A DNA stretch of 59,673 nucleotides, from IMG/VR virus record IMGVR_UViG_3300045141_000191, positions 1 to 59,673 of that record; one strand, written 5' to 3'. A model generated the notes under the pieces. It was not told the origin of the DNA. It saw nothing but the letters and a program-made list of their open reading frames with translations, and did no database searches. The position numbers were made by a program, and so were the translations under genes. Numbering within the stretch: position 1 is the stretch's first letter; each line of letters starts with the position of its first letter. Source of the DNA: a virus (taxonomy: Duplodnaviria > Caudoviricetes). Below are positions 32,455-41,617 of the stretch, one piece after another.

Positions 32455-34482
32455 CTAGATCCAGTCCGGCGGGATGTGGACGGTGGTGGTCTGGCGCATC
32501 GCCCCGTTGAGCGGCGCAGCGGTCCTCGAGATCGCCCAGACGTAGGCGTCCGCGCTGATGAGCGAACGGGCGTGGTTCGTGATCTGCACGTGGTCGCCCA
32601 CGCGGAGGAACGGGATGGCGTTGTGGCTGATGACGAGCTCGACGGCGCACTCGCGGCGGATGCGGCGGAGAGCGATCTGGACGAGGTCCGCAACGCTCTC
32701 GGCGTAGTCGAAGGTGCCAGGGCTCTCCGTGCGCTTGGCGTAGCCACTGGCCGCCGTGGCGTCGAAGTCCTCCATGACGACCGTCTGGCTGAACTGAGGC
32801 ACCGTGTCGGAGCCCGCTGGGACGCCCGGCATCGAGCCGGTGGCCGGCGTGACGGAGGAGCCGGAGGTCTGGCCGTCGACGCCGACGGTGGACTCCGCGA
32901 TGGCGTAGGAGTTGTTCGACCCGGCCGCGAAGGTCTTGGTCGTGATCGAGTAGAGGCCGAACGTCTCGGTCGCGGGCGACGTCGGGTACCACTTCTGCAG
33001 CTTGAGCTTTTGCTCGACGCGCGGCTTCGCGTCCGCCGAGAGGTCGGTCCATTCGCTCTTGTCCGTGAAGATCGTCAGCCAGATGAAGGTCGCGTTGTTC
33101 CGAACCGAGCCGTCCGAGTAGGTGAACCCGGTGCCCGCGGTCAGCGGCGAGTAGTAGCCCATCGTCACGGTGTCGGCCACCTCGAGGAAGCAATCGCCCC
33201 ACGTGTAGAGCGAGTCCTCCGTCTGAACCTGGATGAGCTGGGCGTACGGCGTCGTGTAGTTCCCGCCCTGTACCCAGGTGTAGCCGCTGCCCATCGAGTT
33301 CGGGATGCCGGTCAGCGCCTCGATCGTGACGTGCTTGGCCGTGAGCATCGTGGACGGGCGCGTGTGGGGCGTCCCGTAGGCGTCCTCGTAGTCGAACGGC
33401 GCCCAGACCTGCTGCGTGCGGACGCGGCTGACGATCTGGAACGACGGGTCCGTGGCGGCCACGCCGGGCGTGATCACCGTGTCCCAGGAGGTCACGACGC
33501 GCATCGTCTCGACGCCGAGGTTCGTCGTGATCTCCGTGATGACGAGCGTCTGGCCTCCGTTCCCGTTGACGCCAGCCTCTGCCGTGGTTGTCGTGACGAT
33601 CTCCGAGTCCGAGCCCGGCTCGCCCGAGTCGGAGGTCGGGTTGTTGATCACCGTGGTCGAGAGCACCCAGTTCGTCACGGGCCGGTTCGGGAGGTTCTGC
33701 GGGGTGTCGAAGTAGTTGGACTCGTCGAACACGAAGATCGGTGAGCCCTCGAGGAACTGATCCTCGTCCAGCACCTCGAGGCCCGTGCCGTCCTCCGTGG
33801 CGCGCGCGATCCACCCCTCGACCTCGCCGTACTGGTTGATGAGCTCGAACACGGTCATCCCGGCCTTGTCGACCGGCTTGTTCACGACGCCGCCGCCCAG
33901 GTCATCGATGTTGGAGATCGTGACGCCGGCGCTCTCGGCGAAGAGCTTCACGATGGCCCCACGCGTCAGCCCGGAGAACGCCGGGAGGTTCACGCACCCC
34001 TTCGTGTTGGCCCAGAGCGCCGAGTCTGAGACGGCCTTGAAGGCGCCGCGTGGCCGGTAGGGCATCGTGTTCTGCGAGGTTTCCGTGGTGCCGTGGAACG
34101 CCGTCCACATCATGACGGTTCCGGGCGGCCCGCACCACAGGTCGATCTGCACCGGCAGCGAGTCCCTCGAGAGCGAGGCGGGGTTGTGGTACGCCACGCG
34201 CTTCGTTGAGAGGGTGAAGGCGGCGTAGCGGATCGGGTCGGCCAGCGTGTCGTCAAGCTGGACGTAGTCCACGAGGTACGGCAGCAGTTCGCCGTTCATC
34301 GTGATGTCTGGCCGCGTCAGGCGCACGCGCGAGTAGAACGCCAGGAACACGCGGCGGTCGACCGAGAGCGTGCCGTCCACGTAGGTCGCGGGCGTGGCCG
34401 TGACCGCGAGCGTGCCGGACGCGCCAGCCCCGATGCTGCCACCGTGGATCAGCGCGCCGTCGAGCGTGGCGCCGACGGGCAC
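32455..34482 (-). CDS. Tail hub / baseplate-like protein
   Basis: 675 aa Thr-rich, downstream of the tape measure; C-terminal PFLRVGDHVQI hub-like motif. Confidence 0.6.
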   Translation of the reverse strand: MPVGATLDGALIHGGSIGAGASGTLAVTATPATYVDGTLSVDRRVFLAFYSRVRLTRPDITMNGELLPYLVDYVQLDDTLADPIRYAAFTLSTKRVAYHNPASLSRDSLPVQIDLWCGPPGTVMMWTAFHGTTETSQNTMPYRPRGAFKAVSDSALWANTKGCVNLPAFSGLTRGAIVKLFAESAGVTISNIDDLGGGVVNKPVDKAGMTVFELINQYGEVEGWIARATEDGTGLEVLDEDQFLEGSPIFVFDESNYFDTPQNLPNRPVTNWVLSTTVINNPTSDSGEPGSDSEIVTTTTAEAGVNGNGGQTLVITEITTNLGVETMRVVTSWDTVITPGVAATDPSFQIVSRVRTQQVWAPFDYEDAYGTPHTRPSTMLTAKHVTIEALTGIPNSMGSGYTWVQGGNYTTPYAQLIQVQTEDSLYTWGDCFLEVADTVTMGYYSPLTAGTGFTYSDGSVRNNATFIWLTIFTDKSEWTDLSADAKPRVEQKLKLQKWYPTSPATETFGLYSITTKTFAAGSNNSYAIAESTVGVDGQTSGSSVTPATGSMPGVPAGSDTVPQFSQTVVMEDFDATAASGYAKRTESPGTFDYAESVADLVQIALRRIRRECAVELVISHNAIPFLRVGDHVQITNHARSLISADAYVWAISRTAAPLNGAMRQTTTVHIPPDWI

Positions 34483-35097
34483 CTAGATCTCCTCCAGCGT
34501 CATCGTGCGGCTCTCGATGAACGGGACGGACATGTCGCGCTTCGGGTCCACGACGCGGACGAGGAAGACCGGCGTGTACGTGACCTTGATGTTGGAGGTG
34601 CCGACGGCCGGCGGCGTTGCGAACGTGATCGGCGTCGTCCCGCGGGAGTCGGGCGTGCCGAAGGTCGGGTTCGCCACCACGGCGCCGCCGATGGTCGTGA
34701 TGGGCGTCCAGACGACGACAGCCGGCGGCGTGAGCGCCGTGTCGGCCCGCCGCCGCAGGAGGCGGAACGCCGTCCGCACGCCGTCACCCGAGAAGATCTC
34801 CGTCAGCGGCTTCCACATCGTGAAGTCGAAGAAGCCGGGGAGCCCCTCGAGGCCGGTGAAGGCGTTGTAGTCGGAGGTGTTGACCGTCGGCCACGCGAGC
34901 GCCCACGAGAACTTCTGCACCACATCGGGCGCGCCGTCGAACACGTAGGGGCGGTCGATCACGGTGAACGTGTCGGCCATGCGCTCGGCGGTCTCGGCGC
35001 GCTGGGCGATCTCCCCGATCGTGGCCGGTGAGAGGGCGAAAGTCGTCCCGGCGATGTAGACGCGCTGCGTGAGCCCCGTGTCCTGCGGTGACGGCAT
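34483..35097 (-). CDS. Distal-tail-like protein
   Basis: Position after the TMP; GDGVRTAF and ITFATPPAVG motifs as in DUF2460-like proteins. Confidence 0.55.
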   Translation of the reverse strand: MPSPQDTGLTQRVYIAGTTFALSPATIGEIAQRAETAERMADTFTVIDRPYVFDGAPDVVQKFSWALAWPTVNTSDYNAFTGLEGLPGFFDFTMWKPLTEIFSGDGVRTAFRLLRRRADTALTPPAVVVWTPITTIGGAVVANPTFGTPDSRGTTPITFATPPAVGTSNIKVTYTPVFLVRVVDPKRDMSVPFIESRTMTLEEI

Positions 35098-35423
35098 TAC
35101 GGCTTTCCTCCTGGCCCCAGGCGACCGCCGCCGAGCTGGCCGAGCGATGAGATGACCTGGGCGGCCGTGAGGGTCGGCCCGTTATACCCGCCGACGGTGC
35201 TGCCGCCGACCGCGCCCGCGCCCTTCCCGGAGGACGAGCCCATGCCGCCCGTGTTCGGGCCGCCGCCCGTGACCGTGGAGCCGCCGCTGGCCGCTGCCGA
35301 CGCCGCCGCGGCCTTCGCCGTCTGGATGTTGCTCGTGAGCACGGACACGCGCGCGGCCGCAGCGCTGGCGGCGTTGCCGATGCTCGTGATGGCGTCGGTC
35401 ACGACGAAGAGGCCGGTGCTCAT
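35097..35423 (-). CDS. Gly/Ala/Ser-rich hypothetical virion protein
   Basis: Coupled to the TMP stop. Confidence 0.55.
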   Translation of the reverse strand: MSTGLFVVTDAITSIGNAASAAAARVSVLTSNIQTAKAAAASAAASGGSTVTGGGPNTGGMGSSSGKGAGAVGGSTVGGYNGPTLTAAQVISSLGQLGGGRLGPGGKP

Positions 35424-37420
35424 GGCGTGTTGAACATCCGGTTCAGCTGCCCGGTCACGGAGGTGTCGATCGGTCCGCCGCCGCCGGAGCCCGCCGTCTC
35501 GATGAGCTTCTGGATGGTCGCGATCATGTCGTTCAGCGCGTCCTTCGCCTTGCCGGTCGCGCCGGCGAAGGTCTGTTCCAGCTGGGTTGCGAACGCCACG
35601 AGCGCGTTCTTGTAGTTGATGAGCGAGGTGGCGCCGCTGTTATACGAGTCCGCGAGTTCGGCGAGGTAATCGCGCCAGCCCGAGGCGACCGTGAGCGTGT
35701 TGGCCACGCTGTCGCTGTACGCGTTCTGCGCCTGAAGGAGCTTGATCAGGGCGTCAGTCTGCTCCTTCGTGGCGACCGCCATCGTCAGCATCACCGTCGT
35801 CGCCTGGCCCTGGAACACGATGCCGTTCTTCTGTGCCTCAGCGAAATCGGAGTCGGCTTTCTGCGCCGCCTCGATGCTCGCGTTCCTGTCCTTGATGGCC
35901 TTGTTGTTTTCCTCGATCGCCTTCGTCCCCTCTTTCAACGTGGCGATGAAGTCGCGCTGCACCTCGATGAATGTTCGCGACGCCGGCCCCACGTCCTTGA
36001 ACGAGATGCCGAGAGCGTCGAGGGCGGCCTTCTGCTCCTTGATCGCGCCCTCCGTGGTCTCCTGCATCGACCCCTGGATGGCGCCCTGAGCGGCCACCAT
36101 TTCCGCCATCTGCTTCGGCGTCTCGTGGTACTTCTCGCCCAGCGCGGCGAGCCCCGCCAGCGCTTTCTGCTCCGCTTGCGCGACGAGTTCCATCTCGTTC
36201 GCCTGCCCGCGTGCCGCCGTGGCCGATGCCTGGTACTCCGCGATGACGGCGTGGAGCTCCGTCGAGTACTTGTTCGTTGCGTCCGTGCGAAACCGGAGCG
36301 ACTCCGCCTGGTTCTTGTCGGCCTCCGCGAGCGCTTGCGCCATCTGCACGGCTCGCGCGACAGCGGCGTTCGCCGTCTCCCACGACTTGCCGGTGGACTC
36401 TACGTCTTTCCGATACTGCTCCAGCATCGGGGCCATGCCCCGGATCGTCGTCTCGTACTGTTCGCCCTTCTGGCGCGCCTTCTCGAGGACGATGGTGATG
36501 TCCTCTTGCGCCTTCTTGATGCGCTCTTCCTTCTGCACCTCGTCGTCCCACGTGTAGCCCAGCTCCGCCAGCTTGTCCTTGTATTTCTGCATCTCGGCGG
36601 CGGCCGCCTGGTGGGCCTTCATCACCATGTTCATGCGGCCGGGGAGGGGCGCGAGCATGTCGTCGTAGTAGCCGGTCGCCTTCCCCATGTCGTTGAGGAT
36701 TCCCGTGAGCTTCGCGCCGAAGATGCCCGTGTCCGCGAGCGTCTTAGCGAGCCCGCCGAACGCGTTAGCGATGCCCTGGCCGCTGAGCTGGAATTTCGAG
36801 AGGTCGATGCCGATGGACTTGAGGCCCTCGTCGAACTTCTTCCCGAGAGCGTAGCCGGTCGTGAACGCTGCGGAGACGAGGCCGACCTCTTTCCCCAGGC
36901 CGCCGATCGACTTCATCACGGAGTTGCCGCTCACGGACATCTGCTGGAGGAACCCGTCGAGCGAGCCCACGGAGCCCTTGAGAGCGTCGACGTTCTGCGC
37001 CGCGGCCGCTCCCGCCGTGCGCATGTTCTTGAGTTCCTCCGTGAGCGTCGTGGCTTGCGCCGCCGCCTGTACCGCCTTCTTCCCGACGGCATCGAGAGAC
37101 GCCTGCAGTTCTGGCGTGATCGGCGTCCCGGCGTCCGCCATCGCCTTCTTGAGCGCGTTGACGGCAAGCGTCGCCTCCGTGGCGGCCCGGATGAGCGCGC
37201 GCGGGGAGTCGCCGCCCTTCTCGAGCTTCGCCTCCGCGTCGGCGACCTTCTGCCCAGCCTCACCGAGCGCGCTGAACTGAGAGGTCGCCTCCTTCGCGGC
37301 CGTCGTCGTCGGTGGTAGAGCTTCCCCGACCTTCTTGACGGCGTCCGCGACGGCCTGCACGCCAGCGACGGCCTCGTCGCTCTTGATGCTGAACCGTAGT
37401 TCTAGATCCTGATCCGCCAC
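35420..37420 (-). CDS. Tail tape measure protein
   Basis: 666 aa Ala/Lys-rich helical; MADQDLELRFSIK start; position after the tail tube. Confidence 0.8.
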   Translation of the reverse strand: MADQDLELRFSIKSDEAVAGVQAVADAVKKVGEALPPTTTAAKEATSQFSALGEAGQKVADAEAKLEKGGDSPRALIRAATEATLAVNALKKAMADAGTPITPELQASLDAVGKKAVQAAAQATTLTEELKNMRTAGAAAAQNVDALKGSVGSLDGFLQQMSVSGNSVMKSIGGLGKEVGLVSAAFTTGYALGKKFDEGLKSIGIDLSKFQLSGQGIANAFGGLAKTLADTGIFGAKLTGILNDMGKATGYYDDMLAPLPGRMNMVMKAHQAAAAEMQKYKDKLAELGYTWDDEVQKEERIKKAQEDITIVLEKARQKGEQYETTIRGMAPMLEQYRKDVESTGKSWETANAAVARAVQMAQALAEADKNQAESLRFRTDATNKYSTELHAVIAEYQASATAARGQANEMELVAQAEQKALAGLAALGEKYHETPKQMAEMVAAQGAIQGSMQETTEGAIKEQKAALDALGISFKDVGPASRTFIEVQRDFIATLKEGTKAIEENNKAIKDRNASIEAAQKADSDFAEAQKNGIVFQGQATTVMLTMAVATKEQTDALIKLLQAQNAYSDSVANTLTVASGWRDYLAELADSYNSGATSLINYKNALVAFATQLEQTFAGATGKAKDALNDMIATIQKLIETAGSGGGGPIDTSVTGQLNRMFNTP

Positions 37421-37452
37421 CGGCGTGAGGCCCTCCTACGACCGGGAACGGG

Positions 37453-39525
37453 TTACGGGACGATCCAGCCGCCGCGAGTGGTGAGGGTCAGCGTGAAGAG
37501 GTCGTAGGACGGGTTGTCGGGCTGCTCCGCGTCGCCGTCGATCGTCTCCTCGACCAGCACCTGCCCCGTGACGGGCGACTTGACGCCGGTGAGGCGAAGC
37601 TGCGGGATCATGATGTCGAGGCCCTCGCGGTAGGGCGAGAGGACGCCGGGGTTGACGGGGATGCGCTCGCCCTCGAGCCGGATGAGGCACTGGATGCGGT
37701 CGTCCTTGCGGATGATCTGGCGGTACTCGGACGAGTCGATGAACCGTTTCGCCTGCACCTGGACCGCGAAGAAGCCCTCGTTCGGGAGGTCCTGGAGGGT
37801 GCGGGCTCCGGCGCAGAGCGAGGTGACGGGCCGCTTCGGGAACATGAGCTTCACGCTGCCGCTCTGGGCCTCGATGACCGCGCCGTTCTTGTAGAACGTG
37901 ACGTGCGCGTCCGTGAACCGCGGACCGGGCCGGAAGTACGGCTGGACGCCGGAGTACGGCGCCGTGCCCGCGCCGGGGATCGCCAGCGACCGCGGGATCT
38001 GGAACTCGTCGCCGACCGAGAGGGCGACCGTGAGCGGAGCCGTGGCGAGGAGCGTGTACGGCTGCCGGTTCGAGCCGTAGTCGGCGCCGAGGCGCAGGCC
38101 GTTCTCGTCGTAGAGCTCGACCTCGTCGTTGTACTGAGCTCCGCCCTTCGTCTGGAGATGCGAGGTGGGGTGCGCGTAGATCGTGTATTCCGTGACGCCG
38201 TAGGCAGCGGCCGCGCCGACCTTCGTCACGAACTTGATCGTGTTCAGCGAGTCGAGCGCCTGCGTGATCTTGATGAACACGTCGTCCGTCGCGACCTTCG
38301 GGTCGTAGCGCTGGCCGAGCGCGTTGAACGTGCCGTCCCAGTTGCCGGCGCCGGCGGTGTGGATGGCCGGGGCCGAGACGCCGTAGTTCGCGCCCGTCAG
38401 CTTCGGGACGACGTCATCGATCTTGCCGCCAGCGAACTCGAAGTCGAGTTCCTCGCAAGCCATCTGCACGAGAACCTGCGGGAGCACGCCCTCCGATCCG
38501 ACGTACGAATACGCCGACATCGTGCGCGGCTTCCGCTTGCCCGTGGTCGCGTTGAACACGGAGATCACGGTCGGCTCGTCCGTGACGCGGGTGACGGAGT
38601 CGGGCGTCCCGGCACCCGACATGAGGAACGGGAAGAGGTCGACCGGGCGTACGTTCGACTTCTGCGTGCCAGCGATCTTGATCGGGCCGGGGATCGAGCG
38701 CGGCGGGCCAGCCGTCCCCATGAGGGCGACGACCGGGAGGTTCGTGAAGTCCGGCTCGAGGTCGAACGAGTCGGGCGAGAGGAAGTTGAAGCCGTAGTTC
38801 GACGCGATGGAACCGACCGCCGGGAGCGGGTGGGTGAAGTCGAGTTCCGCGTCCGGGATGTTGTCCTCCCACGCGGGCGTGGCCGTGTTCGACCAGATCG
38901 TGCCGACGAGGCCCCACGAGAACCCCTCGTCGCTCGAGCGCTCGACGATGATGCGGTCCACGTCCGAGAACGCGTGCGCGAGGATGTCGAGCGTGGCCTT
39001 CTCGTCGTTGAGCTCCATGCCCATCGTCCGCTTCCAGGAGTCGCCCATCGCGTGCCCGGTCGTGGCGGTGAACTCGACCGCGACGTTGTCGCCCAGCACG
39101 ATCGGACCGGCGACGATCGGGACGAGTGCGGTCCACGGTCCTTCGCCCTTGCGCCACTTGAACGTGTCGGCGGGACCGACCGAGTCGATCTGGACGTAGA
39201 AGATCCCGACGCCGGTCCCGTTGTAGGTGCCGGAGAAGGTCGCGTCGTCCAGCACGGGCGTGCCGATGGGCGTCGTCGTGTTGGAATCCGTCAGCGGCCC
39301 GTAGGAGGTCGTCGTGCCGTCGGCGATCCCGTAGCCGACGCGCCAGATGAAGCTGCCCTTCAGGAGGCCAGCGCCGCCGACAGTGACGACGGGCGGCGGC
39401 ACGTCCTGAATCAGCTGCTTGAGGTGCGGCGGGCTCCCCATGACGGGGTGGCCGACCGAGTAGAGGTCGGACACCGAATCGAGCTGAACCCCGAAGAATG
39501 CGCTAGCTCCCGTTGCCTTCGGCAT
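37453..39525 (-). CDS. Major tail tube protein with inserted accessory domains
   Basis: 690 aa after the tail terminator; AAGGAG SD; tube-like C-terminus (LDIMIPQLRL..SPVTG..VEETI). Confidence 0.6.
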   Translation of the reverse strand: MPKATGASAFFGVQLDSVSDLYSVGHPVMGSPPHLKQLIQDVPPPVVTVGGAGLLKGSFIWRVGYGIADGTTTSYGPLTDSNTTTPIGTPVLDDATFSGTYNGTGVGIFYVQIDSVGPADTFKWRKGEGPWTALVPIVAGPIVLGDNVAVEFTATTGHAMGDSWKRTMGMELNDEKATLDILAHAFSDVDRIIVERSSDEGFSWGLVGTIWSNTATPAWEDNIPDAELDFTHPLPAVGSIASNYGFNFLSPDSFDLEPDFTNLPVVALMGTAGPPRSIPGPIKIAGTQKSNVRPVDLFPFLMSGAGTPDSVTRVTDEPTVISVFNATTGKRKPRTMSAYSYVGSEGVLPQVLVQMACEELDFEFAGGKIDDVVPKLTGANYGVSAPAIHTAGAGNWDGTFNALGQRYDPKVATDDVFIKITQALDSLNTIKFVTKVGAAAAYGVTEYTIYAHPTSHLQTKGGAQYNDEVELYDENGLRLGADYGSNRQPYTLLATAPLTVALSVGDEFQIPRSLAIPGAGTAPYSGVQPYFRPGPRFTDAHVTFYKNGAVIEAQSGSVKLMFPKRPVTSLCAGARTLQDLPNEGFFAVQVQAKRFIDSSEYRQIIRKDDRIQCLIRLEGERIPVNPGVLSPYREGLDIMIPQLRLTGVKSPVTGQVLVEETIDGDAEQPDNPSYDLFTLTLTTRGGWIVP

Positions 39526-39703
39526 GGTCGTTCTCCTTTGTCTCGTCGTTTTCCTGCTTCTTCAGTCCCTCAGCGAACCCCAGGATCCACTGCGCGAGCT
39601 TCAGCTTCTCGAACGGCTCCGCGCCGGCGATCCAGACCTCGATGGCGTGGGTCACATCCTCTGCGGTTTCGAGCTCAGCGCGCAGTACGGCTTTCACGGT
39701 CAC
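39503..39703 (-). CDS. Hypothetical protein
   Basis: GTGA overlap; MTVKAVLRAEL. Confidence 0.45.
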   Translation of the reverse strand: MTVKAVLRAELETAEDVTHAIEVWIAGAEPFEKLKLAQWILGFAEGLKKQENDETKENDHAEGNGS

Positions 39704-40191
39704 GCTTCCACCTCCGGGAACGTCTCCCAAATCTGAATCAGTGCGAAGCGGCCGCCCTGTGGCGTCGAGGTCGGGGCCATCGTCGGCGTCTCGCTGATGA
39801 ATCTCAGGTAGACCCAGTCGTCGTGGATCTTGATGAGCGGAGCCGTGCGGAGGTTCGGCACCGTGTCCGCGTTGTTCGGCGAGCCCGCGAGCTTCTCGGC
39901 CAGGTCCGCCGCCTCGTAGTTCGCGCCCACGGGCGTCTGCCAGTCGGCGTCGGCCACGGCGATGGAGAACTGGTACACGTACCGCTGCCGGTCGCGACGA
40001 GAGAGCGGGCCGTCGTTTCGCTTCGGGCGCCCCGCGTAGGTCAGGACGATGGCGGGCTTGCCCCGGACGTTCATCGCGAACCACGCCTGCGGCGCGCGCC
40101 CCTCGAGCACTTCCGTGTCCGGCCCCACGATGTCCTTGATCGTCTGGAGCAGCTTCGTTCGCAGGAGCGAGATCGTCGTGGCTGGCGTCAT
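39700..40191 (-). CDS. Tail terminator, Mu gp37-like
   Basis: Start MTPATTIS (TAATG overlap); PAIVLTYAG; synteny. Confidence 0.6.
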   Translation of the reverse strand: MTPATTISLLRTKLLQTIKDIVGPDTEVLEGRAPQAWFAMNVRGKPAIVLTYAGRPKRNDGPLSRRDRQRYVYQFSIAVADADWQTPVGANYEAADLAEKLAGSPNNADTVPNLRTAPLIKIHDDWVYLRFISETPTMAPTSTPQGGRFALIQIWETFPEVEA

Positions 40192-40688
40192 TACCACGCC
40201 CTCGCCTTGATGTTGTCGAAGATGTTCTTCAGGACGCGCGGGATGACTTGGTCGATGAGGATCGACCGCCAGAGGTAGACGGGGCGCGCAGGGATCGTGA
40301 CGGACTTCTTCTTCGCCCAGATGTCGCCGATTCTGAAGACGAGGTACGGCGCGTTCTTGGCCTTGATCGTGCCGCCGTGCGTGAGGATGCCCTCGATGTC
40401 CTGCGGGAAGCGGTCGTTCGCGATCACGACGGCGTTCGTGTGGGGGTCGAGCTGGGCCGAGAAGCTGTTCGCGTACTCGCCCGTGTCGAACATCGGCGTG
40501 CCGCCGCGCAGCGGTGGGAGCCATTCCCCGAGCCCGCCCGCGCGCACGAAGGCCGGCATCCAGTACCCGGCCACGTAGGTGCCGACCATGACGAGCGGCC
40601 CCTCCTGCGCGGTGAGGCCCGTCTCGAGGAAGCTGCGGATTTCCGCGAGCTTCTCGGCGGCCCCAGTCGAGAACTCGATCGTGATCAC
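40191..40688 (-). CDS. Virion morphogenesis protein (Mu gpG / P2 gpS-like)
   Basis: WLPPL, DTGEYANS, HGGTIKAK, VTIPARP. Confidence 0.75.
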   Translation of the reverse strand: MITIEFSTGAAEKLAEIRSFLETGLTAQEGPLVMVGTYVAGYWMPAFVRAGGLGEWLPPLRGGTPMFDTGEYANSFSAQLDPHTNAVVIANDRFPQDIEGILTHGGTIKAKNAPYLVFRIGDIWAKKKSVTIPARPVYLWRSILIDQVIPRVLKNIFDNIKARAW

Positions 40689-41194
40689 GGGAACCCGTGC
40701 CCGCCGTTGGACTCGTCATCGAACGGCCCGTAGGGGTTCTCGAGGTCGTTCGGGGGGAGGAACACGGGGCGCTCGCTGCCCCAGATCGAGCCGCTCGCCA
40801 GCGTGCCCTGGTAGATCGGGCGCGGCGTCGTGCCGGGGAGGTCGAGGCCACCGCTGGCGATCTGGTCGAGGAGCTTCATGGCGTTGTCGTAGCCCACCTT
40901 CGCCGCGCGCGCCGCCGTGTCCTGGTCGCTGAACCCGCGACGGACCCACAGGAACCAGTACGCGATCTGCTCCTCGAGGCCGCCCAGCTGGTTGACGACG
41001 GCCTGCGTCGAGGTCGCGGTCGTCACGGGCGTCGTGTAGCGGGTGCCGACCCGGATATCGACCTCGAGGCTCGCGGCGTCGAGCATCCCCTGCGCGATCG
41101 GCTGGTCAGGGATCGAGCCGTCCTCCGCCGTGAGCTGGGAGTAGATGCGCGGGCCGATCCTGGCCGAGAGGCTTTCGGGGTCGGAGTAGCTCAT
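40685..41194 (-). CDS. Head-tail adaptor, Mu gp36 / DUF1320-like
   Basis: MSYSDPESL..R, DAASLEVDIRVGTRYTTP, YDNAMKLLDQIASGGLDL. Confidence 0.8.
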   Translation of the reverse strand: MSYSDPESLSARIGPRIYSQLTAEDGSIPDQPIAQGMLDAASLEVDIRVGTRYTTPVTTATSTQAVVNQLGGLEEQIAYWFLWVRRGFSDQDTAARAAKVGYDNAMKLLDQIASGGLDLPGTTPRPIYQGTLASGSIWGSERPVFLPPNDLENPYGPFDDESNGGHGFP

Positions 41195-41541
41195 GAGACC
41201 TCCGTGGTGATGTCGGCCGCGATGATGAGTTCGCCGTAGTTCAGCGTGAAAATCTGCAGGGCGCCCGTCTTGATCTGGACGTCCCAGCGGAGGTGCTGCT
41301 CCACGGACGGGAGGCCCGCCGTGTCGGTCGGGTCGACCGTGACGGTGGCGACGCCCGTGAGCGGGTCGTCCACGGTGATCCCGTTGCCCAGCGTTTTCTG
41401 GAACACGTACCCGGACGCGCCCACGTACTGGCGGACCGAGAACCAGAGGAAGCAGCTGGTGAGGTCGTAGGCTGAGCCGTCGGGGTTCTTCACCGTGATC
41501 GTGAAGGTGCGGGTATCTCCGCGGACCATCGTTAGGATCAT
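41191..41541 (-). CDS. BppU-N-like Ig-fold virion protein
   Basis: RGDTRTFTITV...AYDLT...DTAGL...WDVQI. Confidence 0.65.
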   Translation of the reverse strand: MILTMVRGDTRTFTITVKNPDGSAYDLTSCFLWFSVRQYVGASGYVFQKTLGNGITVDDPLTGVATVTVDPTDTAGLPSVEQHLRWDVQIKTGALQIFTLNYGELIIAADITTEVS

Positions 41542-41617
41542 GGACGCCCCCCCACCGCCGCTGCCCCTGGTTGCCCCATGATGGGGCCTTGCAGCGAGTT
41601 TGCCCCACCCGTTTTTC

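Noticed and set aside
32453-33814. N-terminal ~450 aa of the 837-aa track ORF 31301-33814, and similar extensions of 13567-14637, 15782-17743, 45682-47469 and 39700-40851
   Set aside because: Off-frame read-through over the upstream gene; composition switches to protein-like only at the downstream starts I annotated.
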